Positions 54,001-60,200 of a stretch of DNA of 64,000 nt are shown here, one piece after another; position 1 is the first letter of the stretch; every line of letters starts with the position of its first letter. Both the position numbers and the translations under genes were made by a program. The notes below the pieces were generated by a model, which saw nothing but the letters and a program-made list of their open reading frames with translations, ran no database searches and was not told the DNA's origin. The DNA is from a virus. The stretch lies in the IMG/VR virus record IMGVR_UViG_3300037963_004147, positions 1 to 64,000 of that record; one strand, 5' to 3'.

Positions 54001-57000
54001 AAACAGGTGAGAATTCTGCAATATCATATGAACCTGCAGATATAGAAGTATTAACTGATCTTTGGGATGAAATACAAGAAGAAGTTCCTGAGTTAGCTGA
54101 ATTAGTTAATGAAGATGGTTTAGATGCAAATAACCTTCTTGGTAAATGGAGAGGTTACACGAATAACCATGAAGGTGCAAGATCTATTGGTTCAGCTGTA
54201 CTACCTAATTTATATTTAAGTTTATTACAAGAATATAATACTAAGTTTAAAAGTTTAAAAGTAGCAGGTGAAGAAACAGGTCCTAGATTTGTATTTAATG
54301 GTATAGTATATGATAAATTTACAAATAAGGTAGAGGATGGAATAGATTGGTCAAGAGAAGTTAACGCAGATGGTAGTCCTGGTAGAAGAAAACAATATAT
54401 TATCTCTGCATTAATTACAGCAATGACTGATAATGCTAAAGAAAGATTAGCAGCTAAATTAGGATTAACTAGAGATTCATTAGGTGGAGTTACAATGTTA
54501 ACTGCAATGGGTGTTCCAATTAGAACAAGTATATTATTATTTAATAATCCAAATGTTAAAGAAGCATATTATCAAAAATCATTAGATGATTCATTTGATT
54601 TACAATCATACTTTAGAAAGAAAAGTCAACAGTATAAAAGAATTGCAAATAGCATAGGTGGTGTTGATACTAATTTTGAATTAACTGATGATGCATTATT
54701 AGATGCTATACGTGATCCTGGACCAACATGGGGTAGCAATATAGAGTTAGGTATTAAACTAAATGAAGCTCAAGAAGCTGGGCAAGATTTTATAACTGCA
54801 AAACAGTTAGTAACTCAAATGAAAGTTCTTGAAACAATGTATAAGCCGGCTAGATCAAAGAAAAAATCTTCTAAAGCTACTGGTATAATTCCAATATCTT
54901 CAGAGTTTTTAAGTTTAGGTACATTAGTGTCTTTATCAAAAGGTATAGGAGGAAGTTTATCAGAAGCTGCTAGAATTGATAAGGCTATAAAAGATTTAAA
55001 ACTTGATTTAACTGATGAAGCATATTCAAAACTTGACTTTAATGAAAAGCCTTATGTAGATGTTAGAAAAATATTTAAAGGTAAAACTCATCAAGCTCAA
55101 ACATTAAAAATGTTTCAAGAGTTTTATAATGAATTATTACCAAATGTTTTTATTTCTCAATCAGAGCAGTTTAAGCAATTGATGGCTGCCATTCAAGCAA
55201 ATGGTAATCCTGCAGCTTTTAGAGATGCTGAAGTTAGAGATATGGTAGAAAGAGATTTGCTTTCATACTTAACTTTAAAGTCTTATATGCATACTACCCA
55301 GCAAGAAAAAGATAATAGTTTTATAGGTCATTTATCTAATGATTTACTATATGGTATTAATGGTAAAACAATTGCAGATATAATTGATGAAGCTAGAGAA
55401 GCATTGGATGGAAAATATAATTATTTCATTCAAGACTTTATAAAACTAGAAAGAGCAACTGATACTGGTAATAAGACTGGTGTTGACATGGCTACTACAA
55501 ATACTTTAACTAGATTAACTGACTCTGAGAAGGTAGACATACAAAATGGATTTAAAGAGTTATACAGTAATCCTGAGACAAGAGATTATGCTGTTTCAAT
55601 TATAAATTACTTAATGGTAAAAGATGGATTGCAACCAACATATAAAACATTATTAGCAGCTGTTGCACCTGCCGCATTAGGTAGATATTTAGATAATATT
55701 AATAATGTTAAAGCAGCATTTGCAAGAGGAAACTCTACATTATTTAAAAGTGTATTTGGCTTAGATAAGTTTGAGTTAGGTCAAGACTTTTTAGATAACT
55801 ACTATAGGTCAGCTAAATCTAGTAGAATAGTACCTTCAGTAGGAGATGACGTTGCAATTCCTGTATTTAATCCTAAATCTAAAGTAAATGTAGCAAAAGG
55901 TAATTTTACTGTAGATGAAGTTGCAAGTAATCCAAATACATTATATGTTATATTTGATAATGAAGCTAATGTAGGAAGTGCTAATAGTAAAGCTGTTAGA
56001 GGAATGGATAATGTAATTTCTATTAACATTAAAAAATCTGATGCAAATATTCCAGAAAACTTTTATGATCAAACAGAAGAGGATACGGTAAAGCAATATC
56101 TTGCAGATAAGGTTAATGAAATATTATCTGAAAGATCTATAAAAGATGATATTGTATTTCAAAGTTCAATTGATAAAGCAACAAGGGATGCACTAAAGAA
56201 AAATAGTGAACCTGTATATAATGAGCTTATATCATTAATGACCAATAATTTTAAGTATAATATTGCAGGTTATAAAACAGAACAAGAAAGAGAAGGAGAA
56301 AAAATAAATAAACAAGCATTAGAATCTCCTATAAGAATTGAAAAGACTGGAGATAGAAACTACTTGTACATTGATCTTTATAAAGGTATTGTTGCTACTC
56401 CTGAAATGCCTAACGCTGTTAATTATAAAGCAGCTCCAAGAAAAATGACAAAAGCAGGTCAAACTAAACTTTTAGAAAATAAAAATCTAATAAGCTCTAG
56501 AGGGTTTAAATTAAAAGGATTTCAAATAGATAATAAATATAATGAAGAAGTTCAACTGCCATTTACTGTTAGACATAAAGGTGTACTATACCAGTTAGTT
56601 AAAAAGACTAGTAGTGAAAAAGCTCCTATTAATACATCATCTGATATTATTTATGATGGTAGCTCTTTTGCACAAGGTAGTAGTGCAGTTTATGTAGAAT
56701 TACCTGCGATGGGATCTGTAGCACAATTTGGACCAGGATTTATATTTGGAGAGCAGAAAAAATATTCTCAAGTTAAAGAACTTATTGAAACCGCAAATGC
56801 ACCAGAAGATGTACCTGCAGATGATTCAACAAATCCAAAAGCAAAAGAACAAAGTGACGATGATTTCTTAAAACAATTTAGTAATAAGGTATCAAGAGAG
56901 TATAATGAAAATACTAAAAAAGTTACTTTTACATCTAAAAATAAATCTGCAAATGAGGTTACTGAATCTGATTATAAAAATGATATAGGAGATCCTAATA

Positions 57001-57275
57001 ATGTAATAGATAGTTCTATTGATATAGGAGGTTCTGTAGATACAGCGGGTGACAGTACATTTATATCTGAAGAGTCTGAAGGAGATGGAATGAATGTATC
57101 TATAGATGAACAAATAGAAAATTTCTGGGATAGTTTAGCAATACCGCAACTAAGAACACTTAAACAAGCAACTGGTATTGATACTGTAGCAGATATGAAA
57201 AAGGAATTTAAGAAACCATTTTATAAAGGAAATATTGATACCTTTATGGAAGTTATAAAATCATGTTTTAGTTAA
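42027..57275 (+). CDS. Giant virion RNA polymerase (crAss-like two-barrel RNAP) fused to zincin and other domains
   Basis: 5082 aa; GADFDIDKL (53610-53624) preceded by RIPSQDNHS; HEAFH zincin (48546-48560) with downstream EEYMADEF; hydrophobic Gly/Ala segments near the N-terminus. Confidence 0.92.
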   Translation: MSDFEKDVKSNAVNSIAPGVPQDMFVFESISDLETPPDIAEFDPNLDQGYLDMLSAAAPIINQFSPNPTSNMRSPFPGPATDTYNPVAQKVPKASGNESIMNKFRQIGEVAKNLNPENPENKNTTFGKSMNSIKIADPIFSSIRESQFDRYYEHGEFGKLGWHPYADNETYYNENSSWWDNAGRMFGEMGRLAWTGMKANYSSWGSADSMDLNAAVEFEDAMRIGSSTTGGFGGGLNNLLLQSGYTFGIIGTIALEELAMWGATAALAAATPFTAGASGAGAVATGTAATVRTGYNMAKLAKLGRRIADSFDVSRMLRGTRSMMKNMNKADNARGFWNSVRSGGNVLGNFVAPETMAAFKALKSAEKAGDNLTSMAKISKGVGGFYRDLRSLNFALSEGRMEAGSTYMDVLNRSMAQMKENNLAEGLSENLTDSQIAMADARAQEAAFATTSWNAPLIYLSNQLLLGNSMGGFKRTLNQAMRDNIEGVGRRILKTKAAVKTGKDGAKTIAKDVFEDVGESFMNYKYLYKSVKAGGIKGGATMAAGAGLRFFAANVGEGLQEVYQEAVAKGVSDYYTALATDPMAGGSELFQTSALAGLSEQFSGQGLHTFMSGFLMGGVVAGPQKLVFQGMPMLYQKTFNKKEYAEYKANKEKLVADLVNTYNSAWNSQADDVQNMFDSTKLNFLNQKQEASEMVAAQLEDSMFNFIDAKDNAKFQQLNTIFKTGRQDFYREQLEDYLQLTDEELAEAFPQEASRAKSGKLRSTIQDQIKKIDEMEVTYEKNLEDFVNPFDPKAFKPGSREQNDEALKHFAFEHARMLYLFTKDGFQRALERSESIFSELESDPVISKMAANDVTVLLNKDTLQQEISQLKAEIPGLGEAGTKRLKKDKEKKLEALEAVADVLYNEEYQTKTGRFDRRRIQKLTPTILNYLKTVARSKDAFVNPELIQETIKKIVDHNHLSNRQKVYDKSIQFLNNPDQFDAIVRRSYEYLKYAHKNQLEMYEKAIRKFINKKEINQFLNQLAKVGVYADMSETLEFAETGNIDSLTVFYSESGMVNKVNDPELFAEIQNLIQTYRQTAQPQVQSDIAESKSSEVKKSKKAQAVQEEVDEILEDAEISGPEAEVYGKAKDESPILEKLLKQKYQEVRAFAIQKGVKKIPSFNDYIKTPAAQSYISAYVALKKMWYQTLTGIEDEGIRMERFKKDQGFLSWLKLQQTNDKVVDVLSVTNTKFNDFIKGMAEDVGSTPEQDKKNKVAGLEGPSQIVEVKSTDDQGNPVTFYQILDKFGEPVAYELTEEAGLPVGLSFTDLGKAKQAKAKLDASIPDTAEMEIRNSKGEVVEKLVFGQEVIEKSTGNKYIVVSTPSKLSKGGKLYLFPASLAGTVTQLQARRNKSEKINPADFAGRFKASSYSLTDVSLPANVSKLNIDEATKIQYQQNGRFTKDKEWEGNSKKRFQLILQNLSEEQFNKLEVVVKRNIDGGKVTQEKFTFPEKAPNRLIKRTKQSYSIALRIPADIMKTLEPKILDADLALPENNILGYIPNTDVQLYDTNGARINPLNITTDQIGNLFQISGKTKENAAKEIRRNFAIQQSIVNDINKKLGKDESGTLTLEDIGGVNFVATAGQMQFLPTGVTNKIENLQYNTVDGTMVILDNGNNRFVTDMTGSVEDQIDFEDKVKADMQAQNTNIFENAKKAGRYVMIVKQPNGMFSYFPIKTDVLEKSTLNDIANEIIERSALSQKDNTKKIEGATTPVINDMEFNSEFNQELNNKFYIASTPGYSFDINVNANGAVELRVFDRDNKQVVKYIQNDKAAIEAWGKVEDKTQLLNELFENADKSFKEQYSKVTSKTPAIRKQVLKDVANLKLNLGSIRKSFPVTASASEIAETSVTTVGSQVRKDSKLRVNINGIDVSQIETAGVFTPSEVFTDANGNPIPKGGPLTTSSESMNNIEIEGAELDAMSKEDFEALKADNFKGLTEAQITAIAIKLSDPSSLTAREGQVMSNVVSSGIVQMKHLSLKKNNPASENTTPGETGSAQMDRSALMKKAASLRSKIEALEDAIADRGLSTTAEEEAIANDPEIKKLTKERNDILDKLSANKIVAENLSEEDVNNIDEFLAWAESALPGFITTQDINTLGNNTKAGGKRVGAFVMDMHNIAGGMNIAGTIYADQTKYAYHEAFHAVFRMLLTEEQQQKFYTIARKEVRAKLRAEGKSFKEEIEKLKNSDLTRYANYSQKALENLYYEEYMADEFQKFKTDPKSTKTDSFIKSFFNKLMEWLRSIFKKYNANELKFLFEEVDAGKFKTADVAVNSFTEEAGMGVTIQANKILRTKEISLDSGKKEYEYLDSKTSRAIISAISARVINEQLKSDNPEFDIVESVKESLNLYKNLYNNDTELYRSLNSSDKRKLRAVRKAFNEYGKDIVDGVLEELALYDIKLETAEDENGMFEEAFGLRTTSDWDKDASMTGGFRSLPSFLRKYIGTTVFVDEVNGKPKTDMFGNLHLPVSDIGTQKQENVLTTVDFGVAYSGFLKASSGQTDPVKVMQQLYLFGKNNPQTQAVVRRLMDDVGLVWEGQLEEGIIPDNLKDPSLFQAIIKGFSNFKVDYLFIHRRTSDNQVFTYNAANRDDAHTQIEKWSEAYRQLRVLQANNPDKLNASLKDLRKLLGYLDPNKPQNKISNGKLDVLSNNIAKSLKEATGISLSPQYIEFSIASNILEPTANQKSIINANSDVKAIEYEDVMYLRNGLEEGSNIMSESDEGVYNRLRQMALGNAPFDENIGASVFKNPNGDLVYAHQLPTFHLKQIAKLNDVKGAGEVIKQLKEKDYLEQNSLVNSPWFKQLSAEGRLKVTRIAGTKASKNIRQDDAGGIEEGYDKNETGTTYGELSKADIINSLVSSYIANVNAVSGKVNGVFAEGEERALAPSLLRVIEASSTGDMVSLPVMKTVEKGEGGSIQLTDEALTAYINNIQAEANRIASEHKGKTYDNVKEEGDLIAGYNADKSGQKFDPDGRAFKFHNTGNLLTAIKLKSLDKSGIPQFLTKTEVSDRLRNNNEGSQKMWMASDTAVEKSGHNQRGTIVQVILQGAESVEYTNKKGKKGTKLEANKGDDGTLHNVKYWGKINFKEQSAEDRQTIIQALGNAIVPQSFESETHTNKVVIGDKVFKVESKGLAQWLRGTGSQHFYQVVEEAGEVNENLKDLKGQLEEAIKENPDASFDEHLKAIGESRESLKNYVSNRLISEFRQFDKEIKDSKIELPSFLKTGITRPKDGTTDAGNFAATNRKLNLIKDKDYNLMQIFFNDWLNTTALNDVILGDQAISLKDAVDQVKRAKMQNAAYYSAKSDIVAPDLGINEKVSNIALFPTTEPTAPSRHTKAKIDQADAQLWMTPKAFKHMWFGFGKLTPSQSALFDKVMKGEKVNVEDIYGKNGAAKKGEMLNSKKLVYGDGQTFVKMSAFMLSKEYTSYQNEKGDWVARPDKVKLHNMREKMEAYERKHKTIAVSAPLSALKMMKKNVNDIDSMIDFSGELTEKNAMNLDAEYMGLQVLNPSNKLEIVDPTQIRTIVTGEQEFPDDLTVTLPDGNEMSVLQLRSAYNQAVSDRQTQKYLDKRNLIFDIDYAMDELHKGMAENKISANLLSYLQYAQTSLSSSQSSSELLEFFSFDPDTGQQNYNLDNPITKQKFEQLFLSYFSKSVFSEKIPGTSAALVSDYGVNVYRRVLSVDENGYPDQQEIIRSEDFIQNYSVTDLVQGKEGPLDFSNDDQFGRLKTEVEASKGKGVIIMDRLRPDMKEYINGKYTGIKYSESIMPAHHREVMELVGDTGPIPEAVAKMFGIRIPSQDNHSTISIKLVDMMPAYYGSSIISPRELVEVSGADFDIDKLYLQMKEWFVDDNGNFKEYSNSFEDYVRYINSKVGTKGTSYAEALAKSKFNLDNSYTEAQKKEAIDAGLTVRSLNALSELGLPISKKEYNAYVKKNERAPFAAGYNNEILDYKTALMSHEGVTSKTGENSAISYEPADIEVLTDLWDEIQEEVPELAELVNEDGLDANNLLGKWRGYTNNHEGARSIGSAVLPNLYLSLLQEYNTKFKSLKVAGEETGPRFVFNGIVYDKFTNKVEDGIDWSREVNADGSPGRRKQYIISALITAMTDNAKERLAAKLGLTRDSLGGVTMLTAMGVPIRTSILLFNNPNVKEAYYQKSLDDSFDLQSYFRKKSQQYKRIANSIGGVDTNFELTDDALLDAIRDPGPTWGSNIELGIKLNEAQEAGQDFITAKQLVTQMKVLETMYKPARSKKKSSKATGIIPISSEFLSLGTLVSLSKGIGGSLSEAARIDKAIKDLKLDLTDEAYSKLDFNEKPYVDVRKIFKGKTHQAQTLKMFQEFYNELLPNVFISQSEQFKQLMAAIQANGNPAAFRDAEVRDMVERDLLSYLTLKSYMHTTQQEKDNSFIGHLSNDLLYGINGKTIADIIDEAREALDGKYNYFIQDFIKLERATDTGNKTGVDMATTNTLTRLTDSEKVDIQNGFKELYSNPETRDYAVSIINYLMVKDGLQPTYKTLLAAVAPAALGRYLDNINNVKAAFARGNSTLFKSVFGLDKFELGQDFLDNYYRSAKSSRIVPSVGDDVAIPVFNPKSKVNVAKGNFTVDEVASNPNTLYVIFDNEANVGSANSKAVRGMDNVISINIKKSDANIPENFYDQTEEDTVKQYLADKVNEILSERSIKDDIVFQSSIDKATRDALKKNSEPVYNELISLMTNNFKYNIAGYKTEQEREGEKINKQALESPIRIEKTGDRNYLYIDLYKGIVATPEMPNAVNYKAAPRKMTKAGQTKLLENKNLISSRGFKLKGFQIDNKYNEEVQLPFTVRHKGVLYQLVKKTSSEKAPINTSSDIIYDGSSFAQGSSAVYVELPAMGSVAQFGPGFIFGEQKKYSQVKELIETANAPEDVPADDSTNPKAKEQSDDDFLKQFSNKVSREYNENTKKVTFTSKNKSANEVTESDYKNDIGDPNNVIDSSIDIGGSVDTAGDSTFISEESEGDGMNVSIDEQIENFWDSLAIPQLRTLKQATGIDTVADMKKEFKKPFYKGNIDTFMEVIKSCFS

Positions 57276-57279
57276 TATT

Positions 57280-60200
57280 ATGGCAAGGTGTATAAATAAA
57301 AATTTACAGGAATTTAAGAATATAGCTGAGGTGTTTAAGTCACCTATTGTAGCAAATATTGTTATAACCGGTTGGCAAGACTTAAATAGTACCGATCAAA
57401 TTCCTACTATTCAACAAGCTAGTGAGTTTGCTAAAAATTCAGAGACAGCATATAATTTAAAAAGAAAAGATTTTGCAGAGGCTGTATATAATAATTTATC
57501 TAACAAAGGGATAATAACTAAGTTTAAAGGTAGATACTTTATAGTACAATCTAATAATGCTGTTTATGATCCAGGTATAAGAAAGTTTAATTTAAATAGA
57601 CTTAAAGGATATCTTAGAGCAAATAATATTCCTTTAAATGTAGTATCAACAGCTGTTAGAGGTAAAGCAATGGAGGTTAAAATACATGATGATTTATTTA
57701 CACCTTCTGATATTTTACCTGAGTCAAGAAGTTATGGTACTCCTCATACTAGACAAGTAGTAGCTCATTTACTAAAATTATTTCCGCAAGTAAATGTAGA
57801 ATTTTTGTCTGTAAAAGATGCTAAAAAATTACACGATAAATTACCAGAAAGTCAAAAAGCAAATGTAAATTTTGATAATGTTAATTCATTTTTTGTTAAT
57901 GGTACAGCCGTCCTTATAAAGGGTAGGGTAACCGATACTACTGCTATAGAAGAAATTTTACATCCATTTGTAGATGGATTTTATACAAGTAAGCCTGAGA
58001 TATTTAATAGTTTATATAATGAAGCTGTTAAAAACTTTCCTGAACTAAATGCTGGAATACAAAGTGCTTATTCAGATAGAAGAGGATTTAGTGAAAGACA
58101 TAGACAATTAGAACTTGTTACTCAAGCTTTATCTAGACATTTTAATAATGAATATGAGAATAACCCAACAAAATCTTTTAAAGATAGAATTAAAGATTTT
58201 ATAGATTGGTTTGTTTCTATTATTGAAAATTTAAGTAGTGTCTTTAATGGTAGAAATATAGATTACTTTAGAGGAGATCAAGCTTTATTAGAACAAGAAC
58301 AAAGAGAAGATAGATTAGAACAAGAAGATGTTGTTGCAGTAAAAAGAATTAACGTTAATTCAATATCAGGTAATCCAACACTATCTGATATTGCTAAACT
58401 TTTAAATACAAGTGACATTGAATTTGATGTCAATGCTGCACCTAAAGTTGATACTAAAGTTAGATATAACTTATCAGAAGAAAAATCAAGAATTTATGAT
58501 TATGTAATAAAAAGATCTAATGGTATACAACAAGAACTAATAGAAAACTTTTTCTTAGCTGCAAGAGAGACTAATAAATTGGTTGATGAATTAAGTGTTG
58601 GAACAATTGAGAGAGATGCAGATGGTAATTTAATATCTCCAATTATAGTTTTAGATGAAGCTACTCATACTTATATGGATTTAACTGATCCATCTAAAAA
58701 AATAACAAGTACTACTCAAGCCATTAAGGGTCAAATGTCAAGAGAAAAGCAAGAAGAAAATGATCTTAATCTTAAATTAGGAAATGATTTTGATAAAATT
58801 CTTGAAGGTTTAGTAACAGATGTTACCTCTGCAGAATTATTTGATAAAATGGAAATCTTAAATGAAGAGCAGTTTGGTAAAGCATATGCATCAATGCAAG
58901 CTTCTTTAGCTGGACTTATGAAAGATAATACGGTGGCAATTCCTCAAGTTGTTGTTTATGATAAAGCAACTGGAATAGCTGGTAGTATAGATTTATTATT
59001 AATTGAACCTGATGGTAAAGTTAGAGTTGTAGATTTAAAAACATCTAAGTATAGTAAGAATGATCCTTTTTATAAGACTATCTTAAAAGAAGTAAATGCT
59101 AAAGATCCAAACTTTGGAATACTTCCTGAAGATAGCGTACTAAAACAAAAAGGTATTGCAGATTCATTGTCAATAGAGCAAACACATAATTTACAAGTAA
59201 ATCTTTATGGTAGAATGCTTGAGAATATGGGATATACTTTATCAGAAAAACCTGCAAGTACATATCACATAAAAGTTGATGTAACAGGAAAAGGTAAGAA
59301 TCAAAAGTTTCAAGGAGAGTTTAAACCGGAAGGTGAAGAGCTCCATAAGATGAGTGAAAATGTACCATATCTAGATGCTATTATCCCATATAATGTAGAT
59401 GTAGTATCTAAAGAAAGAATTGATGAAGCTAGAAAAGGTAAAGAAGATTCTACTTATGATACTACCTTACCTCCAGATCAACAGAATCCTCTTGATGATG
59501 CTCCAACATCTCCTGAGTTTGAAGTAATAACACAAGCTCTTAGAGATTATAGAAAAGGTTTAATAAAAAGACAGGATGCTCTATCAATGTTAAAAGGAAA
59601 TGTATTCTTAGGTAGACATAAGACTGTTGAACAATTACAAGAATCTATTCAAAACTCAATTAATGTTATTACAGTAGCTATGACTCAAGGTCCAAAAACT
59701 AGATCTGCAGTTTATGCTTCACTTATGAGAGATGCTTTAAGACAGGTTGATGAGTTTCAACAATATGTAGAAGATCCAATTAATTTCTCAAAGCCTGAGT
59801 ACATAAGTTATGTCTTAAATTTTGATGAATTTATAAAAACATTTGAAGGTTTATATAGCTTGCAAAATTCTAAAGAACTTAATAGAACTCAAGTAAGATT
59901 AGCTTTTAAGCTTCAAACTAGATTTAATGAGTTGGTTGGCGTGGGTGATAAAGAAGGTGTTATAGATAAAGCTGTTACAGACTATGTTAGAGATACTGTA
60001 GCTAGAAGATCAAGTTATAACTTTACAGAAGATCAACTTGATAATATCATGAAGTTAGGTAAAGATATAGGTGTTATTGATTATCAAGCTAGAGATCTTG
60101 CAACTACTGCTACATTATTAAATGATGGTACTCCGGATACTCTTCTATCTATAATGGATAAGATCTATAAAGCTAAAAAGCAAGAGTTACTGGATAAAAT

